64,000 bases of DNA from an uncultured Pseudomonadota bacterium (GTDB taxonomy: Bacteria; Pseudomonadota; Alphaproteobacteria; Rs-D84): contig CACXXP010000002.1 of assembly GCA_902771695.1 (NCBI GenBank), positions 1,958 to 65,957 of the forward strand, in the 5' to 3' direction. Made by a program: the position numbers and the translations under genes. Of this stretch, positions 1-7,529 are shown in pieces. The stretch's first letter is position 1; each line of letters begins with the position of its first letter. The notes below the pieces were generated by a model. That model saw nothing but the letters and a program-made list of their open reading frames with translations. It was not told where the DNA came from and searched no databases.

Positions 1-1461
1 TCCGCCATTAGAAATAGCAGCATTAGAACCAGATTTTGCGGTATTTGTATTATTTTCAAATAAAACATCCCCCATATTTGCGAATGTGACCAAGTCTTGG
101 TTCCACAGTGCAATACCAGTATTACCACGGAATGTTGCATTTCCATCGGCAAACGCAATTGTATTATCTACATCAGCATTTGCAACATTAAATACTATTC
201 CTTCACCACTGGTCGCTGTATTATTTTCAAACAACGAATCACCATTTATATTTACAATACCTGCACGCTGATGGTTCAAACCATTATAAATTGCCGCCCC
301 ATTCGACGAAGCGGTATTACCATTAAATATTGCCCCATCATTAAATGTTGTTGTCGCACTTAAATTATGCAACGCCCCACCTTGACCAATACCTTCTGTA
401 CTGGTTACAGAATTATTATTAAATGTTGCCAAATCATTGAACGTCAAATCCCCATAATAATTCGCAATTGCACCACCAAACGCATTACCAGAATTGGACG
501 CGGTATTATTAGCAAATGTTACGGCATCACTAAATGTCAATGTTCCATTATTAAATATTGCACCACCTTCTGTTGCACTGTTTCCTACCAGGTCGCCTGT
601 TTGTGCATCAACACCACCAAATGTTGCGTTGGCAATAGTCATTGTACCTTCATTGAATACTGCACCACCCCTGTTAGCGGTATTATTAATAAACGTATAT
701 TCGCCATTATTCAAATTAACTGTGGCCGTTTTGCCATCACGTTGAACATTATAGATAGCACCACCGTTCATTGCCGCGGTATTGCTGTCGAACGTTGTTG
801 TTCCGTTAATGGTCAATGTCGCATTTCCGTCTGTGTCAAGCGCACGATTCATAATCGCGCCACCATTCATAGACGATGTATTGTTGCTGAACGTATTTTC
901 ACTGGTCCCATCTAACTTACCAATGACCATTGTGGCATCCAATGCAACCTTGGGTTCAGAATTTGATTCTGTTTCATAAGATTGGTTTGCAATCGCGCCA
1001 CCACCACGTTTAAACGGTTTTGTCCCATCCACGCCCGATATATGATTATTCGTAAATACATTGGTATCACCCAAAACAGAAACATCACCACCAGAATTAA
1101 ACAACGCGCCACCACTACTTTTATCGTAATTTGATGCATTGTTATTAAACGTTATACTGGTGGCATCCAATATAACCGACGAAGAAAGTCCGTCATCTGT
1201 TACTTTATAATAAAGCCCTGCACCATGTGACGTGGATGTATTGTTTTCAAATACCAATGCTTCACCACCAATATGCTCTGAACCATCTATAATGGCCAAT
1301 GCACCTTGACTCCCGTTATAATCAGAATATGTTATGGTTTCTGCACGTGCAGGAACCACAGCAATTAAACCAAGTGCGATTGCATTGCACAAAACAGCAT
1401 GACGTAATACCGCACGGTATGCAGCAGTTAATTCTTTGAGTGTGGTTTTAGATTGTTTCAT
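1..1461 (-). CDS. Pmp-repeat (FxxN / GGA[ILV]) surface protein, N-terminal 487 codons; the 3-prime end lies beyond the window start
   Basis: Absent from the ORF track because no stop lies in the window. Minus-strand ATG at 1461-1459 with AAGGAGAG just upstream. My own translation reads MKQSKTTLKELTAAYRAVLRHAVLCNAIALGLIAVVPARAETITYS, followed by repeated units. Two were checked by hand: ENTFSNNTSSMNGGAIMNRA (841-900) and NTAAMNGGAIYNVQRDGK (721-780). This is the polymorphic-membrane-protein repeat signature of autotransporter passengers. Confidence 0.7.
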   Translation of the reverse strand, partial: MKQSKTTLKELTAAYRAVLRHAVLCNAIALGLIAVVPARAETITYSDYNGSQGALAIIDGSEHIGGEALVFENNTSTSHGAGLYYKVTDDGLSSSVILDATSITFNNNASNYDKSSGGALFNSGGDVSVLGDTNVFTNNHISGVDGTKPFKRGGGAIANQSYETESNSEPKVALDATMVIGKLDGTSENTFSNNTSSMNGGAIMNRALDTDGNATLTINGTTTFDSNTAAMNGGAIYNVQRDGKTATVNLNNGEYTFINNTANRGGAVFNEGTMTIANATFGGVDAQTGDLVGNSATEGGAIFNNGTLTFSDAVTFANNTASNSGNAFGGAIANYYGDLTFNDLATFNNNSVTSTEGIGQGGALHNLSATTTFNDGAIFNGNTASSNGAAIYNGLNHQRAGIVNINGDSLFENNTATSGEGIVFNVANADVDNTIAFADGNATFRGNTGIALWNQDLVTFANMGDVLFENNTNTAKSGSNAAISNGG

Positions 1462-1586
1462 ATGGGCTCTCCTTTCTTTCCTGATGCTATTTACTTAACT
1501 ACATAAATCTCATATTTGCAAGTTTTTTTTCGTATAAAAAAAAACGGCAAAGACCGCAAAATCCATAGTGTTAAGCGAAATAAGAA

Positions 1587-2300
1587 TTATTTTTTATCCG
1601 CACCGCAACAAATTTTCAGATATTCGCGCAACAATGTAACCCGTGCCAAACCGTTCCCGGTTCCACCGGTAAAACATCCATGAAAATCATTAAATTTGGC
1701 ACCTTCCCAATCTACCATGGCGACCACATCAAAGGTTTTTGGATTCAATATGAAATTATCCCACAAATCATTTTGATTCCACCCATGCATAACCGACGGT
1801 TTATCATTTTTCTTCTTTTTCAAATCACGAATTTCACGCGGATCGGCCATACCGACAATATAAAAGAACCGTGCCAATTGTTTCGCAATCTTATCAATAT
1901 GTAGATTTTGTGTTTTACGATTCAAATGATGAAAACCAATCCCAGATACACATTCATATTTACGAACCACGCGCCCATCAAATTCCAACAATTCCATTTC
2001 TGGAATTTTAATTGGTGATATCGGCCGCAACGAATCGGTTATGCGTTTTTCACGAATCGCAACATCGCGCCCGTCGGTCCGTAAAGAAAATTTGAACACA
2101 TACTTATCATCAACATTTACAACAAAGTTTATACAGCGATGCCCACACGTATATTTGACACGCGGATGCCGGGCGGTGCTGAAACTTTTTGCGAATCGTG
2201 TCCAGCGACGCAATGGATAATTCATACGCATACGGAACATACGACGACGGCGACTGGTCGGGATAAACAGACACAAAAAATTTACCAATAATTTTTTCAT
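1587..2300 (-). CDS. protein-kinase-like fold protein (APH / choline-kinase-like), paralogue 1
   Basis: 237 aa and alignable over its full length with the next ORF. Catalytic-loop-like NQNDLWDNF and metal-site-like VDWEGAKF resemble the APH HxDxxxxN...D layout, but with Q in place of H. 4-nt ATGA overlap with the upstream gene. Confidence 0.45.
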   Translation of the reverse strand: MKKLLVNFLCLFIPTSRRRRMFRMRMNYPLRRWTRFAKSFSTARHPRVKYTCGHRCINFVVNVDDKYVFKFSLRTDGRDVAIREKRITDSLRPISPIKIPEMELLEFDGRVVRKYECVSGIGFHHLNRKTQNLHIDKIAKQLARFFYIVGMADPREIRDLKKKKNDKPSVMHGWNQNDLWDNFILNPKTFDVVAMVDWEGAKFNDFHGCFTGGTGNGLARVTLLREYLKICCGADKK

Positions 2301-3034
2301 TTTTTCTTGGCCCCAAAATAGAGTTTTGCATATTCTGCCATTAAATCTACGATTATGCCTTTGTAACCAAATTTATCCCAATTATGCGATGCCACGCGTA
2401 ACGAATCGCCAAAATCCATAAAGGCGGCACCTTCCCAATCTATAAAGAAATTTATATCAAATGTTTTCGTATCTAACATAAAATTCTGCCAAATATCACC
2501 TTGGAACCATCCATACATAAACCCAGGAACATCATTTGGTTTATTTTTCAAATCACGAATTTCCGCCGGATCAGATGTACCAATAACATACAAAAAGTTT
2601 GCAATTTGTCGTGCAATATGTGGACGATATTTGTTGATTATTTTTGGGTCTATGTCTGTTAACAATGTTCCATGTGCAAATTCATATTTACGAATATAAA
2701 CGCCCTTGTATTGAACCACACGCATTTCTGGAATTTTAATTGGGGAAATTTTACGAAATGCATCTGTTATACGCGTTTCACGCAACGCAACCGCAAATCC
2801 GTCATTCAGCAACGGAAACTTGAACACATGTTTGTCATTCAGAATAACAACAAAATTCTTACAACCATATCCAACAACTGTCTTTATCTTGTGATGTTTC
2901 ATATTACGCGCATAACGACGAACATAGCGAATATAGTCCCAAACCTGGGGGTAACGAATCATTGTACGCACTTTGTCACGCAAAGATTTTTTACGAATAA
3001 ACGCACTGATAATATTTGATAGTAAATGACGCAT
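2297..3034 (-). CDS. protein-kinase-like fold protein (APH / choline-kinase-like), paralogue 2
   Basis: 245 aa. Shares YGCKNFVVILNDKHVFKF, ITDAFRKISPIKIPEM, FQGDIWQNF and IDWEGAAF with the 1587-2300 product, so this is a tandem duplication. Confidence 0.45.
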   Translation of the reverse strand: MRHLLSNIISAFIRKKSLRDKVRTMIRYPQVWDYIRYVRRYARNMKHHKIKTVVGYGCKNFVVILNDKHVFKFPLLNDGFAVALRETRITDAFRKISPIKIPEMRVVQYKGVYIRKYEFAHGTLLTDIDPKIINKYRPHIARQIANFLYVIGTSDPAEIRDLKNKPNDVPGFMYGWFQGDIWQNFMLDTKTFDINFFIDWEGAAFMDFGDSLRVASHNWDKFGYKGIIVDLMAEYAKLYFGAKKK

Positions 3035-3109
3035 CCATTTTACCCCGAATTTAAGATTCTTTTCCCACCTTGGTCATAATATACCTTGCAAAAGCGCATA
3101 AAGCAAATA

Positions 3110-3137
3110 AAAAACAAACCGCCACAATTGGCGGTTT
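3110..3137 (-). terminator. intrinsic terminator after the GT8 gene
   Basis: Stem AAACCGCC / GGCGGTTT (3116-3137) with a 6-nt loop. On the minus strand it is followed by GTTTTTTATTT. Lies 6 nt after the stop at 3143. Confidence 0.6.
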
Positions 3138-3142
3138 ATAAA

Positions 3143-4066
3143 TTATTTGTCTTCGGGGAACAAACCTGTTTGCCGTGCCACATTCCACCACAGTTCTGAA
3201 AACACCGGCCGACAATCCGCATCATGCCATGGTTTCATGTAATCAGAATAATGCAACACGGTCAGATTATGTTTCAAATCATCCAATTCAATTGCACTGT
3301 ATATCTTGAAAATTCGCGACCCATGCGACAATTGAAAATTATACCGCAACGGTAAAAATTGAACACGTCCCTGCAACGTATAATTCAACACATCTTGGTC
3401 TGGATTTTTATATTGATGTGTTTTGGATTCTGTAACCCACTTTTCATACATGCCTTCACGACGAATACCCGCCAAATCCATAAGCAAGAATCCAGAATTG
3501 AAATATTTATTCGTTCGTGTTGGCACGGCGGCAATTAAATTATTTCCCAATTCTAATTCATATATATCTATTAAATCGCGACACAACAGTATATCAATAT
3601 CAGCATAAATTATACGGTCCACATTTGGCAATAATTTTGGCAACATTAACCTGTACCACATGGCAACCGGCCAATTTCCGCGCCAAGATTCATCAAAATC
3701 ATTATTTCCCAAGACAAAATTTACCACAGAATCCGTCCCCGCCGTCACGCCACGAATGATGTCACGCATTTTTTCATCAACGTCTGGGGTCACAACACAA
3801 TAAACATCGTAATCGCATCTGTCTTTAGATGCCAACAGCAAAGATTTTAATGTCACGGCCGCCATTTTACACCCACGCGCATCAAAGCAAAATGCCATTG
3901 GAATTTTTTCTGGATATTTTTTACGCGGTATCATCGTTTGCCCAACCGTAGATATCAATCCATGATACCGAACCCGATCACGATGCAACCGACGCGCCGC
4001 CCGCGTTTTACCAAAGCATCCCGCAACCGTGGCACAAATTTGACGAAACTTGCTGTATTTGTACAT
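3143..4066 (-). CDS. glycosyltransferase family 8 (LPS alpha-1,3-glycosyltransferase-like)
   Basis: Carries WYRLMLPKLLP, the DxD motif YADIDILL, FNSGFLLMDL, DQDVLN and HYSDYMKPW, all typical of GT8 RfaI/RfaJ-type enzymes. Start trimmed from 4213 to ATG 4066 (AAGGGG RBS), because the longer ORF would overlap the divergent gene at 4193. Confidence 0.75.
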   Translation of the reverse strand: MYKYSKFRQICATVAGCFGKTRAARRLHRDRVRYHGLISTVGQTMIPRKKYPEKIPMAFCFDARGCKMAAVTLKSLLLASKDRCDYDVYCVVTPDVDEKMRDIIRGVTAGTDSVVNFVLGNNDFDESWRGNWPVAMWYRLMLPKLLPNVDRIIYADIDILLCRDLIDIYELELGNNLIAAVPTRTNKYFNSGFLLMDLAGIRREGMYEKWVTESKTHQYKNPDQDVLNYTLQGRVQFLPLRYNFQLSHGSRIFKIYSAIELDDLKHNLTVLHYSDYMKPWHDADCRPVFSELWWNVARQTGLFPEDK

Positions 4067-4192
4067 ATGGCACCCCTTTTGTTCGTTATCATTCAAATCG
4101 TAAAGGAAATTTTTCCGCATAGCAAGATAAAACACTAGAATTTTCCGTCCACCAAGATTAACATATCTACAAACAATACAAAGGATACATAT

Positions 4193-4756
4193 ATGAACAT
4201 TATTTTCTGTCACGGCGTTATGGGACCAGATGAAGATTGGAACAATAAAACATATAATGAATCAAAAGGATGGAAAGATTGGTTGCAATTTACCGTGGAA
4301 TCTGAACATGATGTCGTGATGCAAATTCCACGATTCCCGCACGCACATGCATTGCTGATGAAATATTCAGAATGGGAAAAAATCATGGACACCCAAGATA
4401 TAAACAATGACACCATATTGATTGGGCATTCCGCCGGCGGTGGATTTATATTGAAATATATGGCAATGCATCCTGAATTGACGGTAAAACAAATCGTATT
4501 GGTTGCACCGTGGATTGACACCGAAGATTTTCAACCATTTGGTTTTTACAAGGGTGCAAATCTAGATAATAAAATCATATCGCATACAAAATGCGGCATG
4601 GATTTAATGATCTCGGACGACGACATGCCACACATAGTCAGCAGTTTTGATAAAATCACAAAAAACATACCCGACATCCGTGTTCATCGGTTTTCTGGGT
4701 ACGGACATTTCGTATTGCCTAAATTACCAGAAATCATGCCCATTATACATTTTTGA
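4193..4756 (+). CDS. alpha/beta serine hydrolase (YdeN/RBBP9-like)
   Basis: 187 aa. Begins IIFCHGVMG, has the nucleophile elbow GHSAGG and a C-terminal GYGHF. AAGGA RBS before the ATG. Confidence 0.55.
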   Translation: MNIIFCHGVMGPDEDWNNKTYNESKGWKDWLQFTVESEHDVVMQIPRFPHAHALLMKYSEWEKIMDTQDINNDTILIGHSAGGGFILKYMAMHPELTVKQIVLVAPWIDTEDFQPFGFYKGANLDNKIISHTKCGMDLMISDDDMPHIVSSFDKITKNIPDIRVHRFSGYGHFVLPKLPEIMPIIHF

Positions 4757-4813
4757 CATAAAACCACGACAATATTTTTGACATTTTTAGTATTTGTGAT
4801 AGCATAACACGCT

Positions 4814-6193
4814 ATGACACTATTCTTGGATAGAAACAATATTTTTTATCATGGCACCCGGGCAAAATTTGATACATTTCGTCCGCTGTCGCATTTTGGT
4901 TCATATTCCGCCGCCCAAGAATGTGTACTATTATGTCCATGCCAAAAAGACGAAACATTGGACATAAGACACGAATATTCCATACAAATGCCCCCGTCAT
5001 TCAAAAACGATTCAACATATAAAATTATTCCAGTGCAATTAAATCTGACCAACACATACGAAATTGATGATTTTGGTGGATCCTCAGATATCAACTATTT
5101 TCAATGCGTGGTTTTATACCACATTGTGCATGATCTAAAATTAAACAATATTCCATATTTTTATGATTATATTTTTACAGAACCATTTCATATACCAACA
5201 CCAGATGTAAAAAAAGAATTGCAAACAGATAATTTATACAATACCACGGCACAACAACATGCATGCCACACACCCGAACAAGTAAACCGATATCATCTAT
5301 ATCAACAACGTATGATTCAATACTTTGAACATCTGGGATACGACGGATTTAATTATACCAACCGTCGTGAAGACCGTGGTCACACATCATACATAGTATT
5401 TCGCCCAGAAAATATTGCCCGCATGGATCTGGGCCAAAAAATTACGCCACGTGAACCATTGGAAATCCATGCGGATTACCAAATATTTCCTTGTCGCAAA
5501 ATGGCCGAGTTTGAAAAAATATTATTACGTAAAGCAGAATCTTCTCATGCATGTTCAATGGATATCAAACAGACGATATGGTCGAACATTAACAATCTGC
5601 GGTCTCGTCCATCGGTCATAAAATCTGCGTATCGGGCACGCGAATATTACACAAAATTATTAACAACCGATATATTACCAAAAATTCAAGATATTGGCAC
5701 CCAGAAAAAATATGGATATCATGGTATATATACCCACACTTTTCAGGTTGCACAATTTGCGATTGAACTTGCCATATCTGTCGGCACAGACCCATTGCCT
5801 GTAATACTTGGTGCGGCACTTCACGATATTGCACGCACGCACGATGATGACGATTTTACACACGGCCCACGTGGTGCCGCAATTGCGCGTAATTTTTTAA
5901 CCCAGAATTATAACCATTTATTCCCAGAAACAATTGATAAAATTGTCTATGCGGTACAGTATCACACCCAAGGCACCATCGCCCCAGATTTAATTTCCGC
6001 ATGCGTATGGGATGCAGACCGTATTCGTCTGTCATGGGAAATGGGATACCATGAAAAATATTTTAATACCGCATACGGTAATTATATCGCCAGTTTACCG
6101 CCGCAAATGTCAGATAACGGTCGATTATCCCAAGAACAATATATGAAAAATCAAAATAAATTTCTAAGACGCCACAATATAAAAACACGTTAA
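4814..6193 (+). CDS. two-domain protein: N-terminal ART-like (polyvalent-protein type) domain fused to a C-terminal HD phosphohydrolase domain
   Basis: C-terminal half: HTFQV...AALHDIARTHDD...WDADRI, the HD-superfamily H..HD..D pattern. N-terminal half: NIFYHGTRAKFDTFRPLSHFGSYSAAQE ... GYDGFNYTNRREDRGHTSYIVFRPENI. From memory this resembles the H-Y-E ADP-ribosyltransferase-like domain of phage/plasmid polyvalent proteins. The N-terminal call is tentative. Confidence 0.5.
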   Translation: MTLFLDRNNIFYHGTRAKFDTFRPLSHFGSYSAAQECVLLCPCQKDETLDIRHEYSIQMPPSFKNDSTYKIIPVQLNLTNTYEIDDFGGSSDINYFQCVVLYHIVHDLKLNNIPYFYDYIFTEPFHIPTPDVKKELQTDNLYNTTAQQHACHTPEQVNRYHLYQQRMIQYFEHLGYDGFNYTNRREDRGHTSYIVFRPENIARMDLGQKITPREPLEIHADYQIFPCRKMAEFEKILLRKAESSHACSMDIKQTIWSNINNLRSRPSVIKSAYRAREYYTKLLTTDILPKIQDIGTQKKYGYHGIYTHTFQVAQFAIELAISVGTDPLPVILGAALHDIARTHDDDDFTHGPRGAAIARNFLTQNYNHLFPETIDKIVYAVQYHTQGTIAPDLISACVWDADRIRLSWEMGYHEKYFNTAYGNYIASLPPQMSDNGRLSQEQYMKNQNKFLRRHNIKTR

Positions 6194-6489
6194 CGACGGA
6201 TTTTTTTGCGTTTTTTATGTTTTTGATAAAATGCCGTTAATAAAAATACCAGCAACAAAAACACCAAATCCAATGTGCAAATAAATATGACACCAATTTC
6301 TGGACTTTCCAACAAGACATACGCCAAATAGCACAAATCTGCGGTAATCCATGTGAACCAAGATGTCAAACTTAAATCATCGGCTGATTTAGTTTTTAAT
6401 AATTTTATTATTTGTGGCATATACGCGATAAATTCCAACACGGTATAAATAGATAATAACACAAGCGCAATCGTGACTTTCATAAACAC
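6190..6489 (-). CDS. SemiSWEET / PQ-loop family transporter
   Basis: 99 aa with three hydrophobic helices and the PQ motif YMPQIIKLLKTKSADDLSL in helix 1. Confidence 0.75.
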   Translation of the reverse strand: MFMKVTIALVLLSIYTVLEFIAYMPQIIKLLKTKSADDLSLTSWFTWITADLCYLAYVLLESPEIGVIFICTLDLVFLLLVFLLTAFYQKHKKRKKIRR

Positions 6490-6618
6490 ACCTCTATGAG
6501 AATTATATCATAAAAATGCCCCTGTGTGCAAGTTTGGGAACTGTGGTTGCGCTGTCTGTGCAATTCGCGAGCCGACTTGTTAGAGGTAGGGCGAGAGATT
6601 GATAAATTTAAAGATAAT

Positions 6619-7254
6619 TTATTTCTGTCTTGATTGTGTTTTTAACAACCAGTCTGGCGGTTCTGGTAAACTGAAATTTTTTCCATCCCATTGCAATTTT
6701 ATATATTCTGCATTTGGCATACTACTAAAATTAAACTTAGTAAAACGCCGAACGAAAACACTAATTACGCCCGCATGTGTTGCAATTCCGACTGTATTAG
6801 CATCCGTATTTTTAGCAATATTCGTTATTGTGTCACAGACACGTTGAACGAACACATTATCGCTTTCACCATTTTCCGGCGCATAATCACCATTAAATAA
6901 AAGAGCTGCGGGCATATCTATCTTTTCTTTGGTCAAATCAACTGGCGTATCTGCAGGTGCATCTGTAAGGTTCATTATCTTGCCACACAGTACCCCAAGA
7001 TTCCTTTCGCGTAACCCCGGGTCTGTTATAATTTTGACCTTTCTGTCACCCAAAACAATTTTTGCAGTATCCAAAGCCCTGGATAATGTTGAACTATATA
7101 TACAATCAAATTGCACATTTGATAAATTTTTGGCCAAAGCCTGCGCTTGTGTAATTCCATTACTGTTTAGTGGTATATCCAAGAAACTTTGGACTCTCTT
7201 TTCTACATTGTAATCGGTCTGACCATGTCTAAATATATAGAAATCCTGTTTCAT
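6619..7254 (-). CDS. histidine phosphatase family protein (phosphoglycerate-mutase-like)
   Basis: Start moved to ATG 7254 (MKQDFYIFRHGQTDYN), which carries the RHG catalytic motif. A second His lies in IATHAGVI. Confidence 0.75.
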   Translation of the reverse strand: MKQDFYIFRHGQTDYNVEKRVQSFLDIPLNSNGITQAQALAKNLSNVQFDCIYSSTLSRALDTAKIVLGDRKVKIITDPGLRERNLGVLCGKIMNLTDAPADTPVDLTKEKIDMPAALLFNGDYAPENGESDNVFVQRVCDTITNIAKNTDANTVGIATHAGVISVFVRRFTKFNFSSMPNAEYIKLQWDGKNFSLPEPPDWLLKTQSRQK

Positions 7255-7385
7255 ATAAACCACCTTTGACATAAACAGTTCAAAAGCGCCAAAAAATTGC
7301 AATCTTTCAAATTAAAACTTTCGAACTCAGTGAAAGTATTACATTTCTAACACAAACCCGCCTTTATCGACGGGTTTGTCTATCT

Positions 7386-7459
7386 TGGTTGGGGCAACTG
7401 GATTCGAACCAATACTAGCGGAGTCAGAGTCCGATGTTCTACCATTAAACTATGCCCCA
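7386..7459 (-). tRNA. tRNA-Gln (anticodon CUG)
   Basis: Reverse complement TGGGGCATAGTTTAATGGTAGAACATCGGACTCTGACTCCGCTAGTATTGGTTCGAATCCAGTTGCCCCAACCA. It has a 7-bp acceptor stem, TTCGAAT T-loop, anticodon loop CTCTGAC and an encoded CCA. Confidence 0.85.
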
Positions 7460-7470
7460 ATGCGCGTGGT

Positions 7471-7499
7471 ATTATATACCGCAATATTTCCTTTTGCAA
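7471..7499 (-). promoter_or_regulatory. sigma70-type promoter for tRNA-Gln
   Basis: Minus strand TTGCAA (7499-7494), 17 nt spacer, TATAAT (7476-7471), about 11 nt before the mature tRNA 5-prime end. Shares the TTGCAAAAGGA -35 context with the tRNA-Pro promoter. Confidence 0.6.
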
Positions 7500-7529
7500 T
7501 GAAAAATATTATTTGGATTTTGCGTAAGC

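Noticed and set aside
86-979. Several plus-strand ORFs (61-182 aa) with Cys/Ile/Thr-rich odd composition.
   Set aside because: They are antisense shadows of the open minus-strand Pmp-repeat gene (1-1461), whose translation gives coherent repeats and a signal peptide.
6490-6618. Comparatively GC-rich intergenic block between the histidine phosphatase and SemiSWEET genes. Considered as an ncRNA or riboswitch.
   Set aside because: I could not find a convincing conserved fold or any known RNA motif by eye. It lies mostly upstream of the likely SemiSWEET promoter. Worth an Rfam/Infernal scan, but not supportable as a feature.
7351-7380. Perfect 9-bp hairpin ACAAACCCG/CGGGTTTGT downstream of tRNA-Gln.
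   Set aside because: There is no U-tract on either strand, so I did not call it an intrinsic terminator. It may still be a processing or termination structure.
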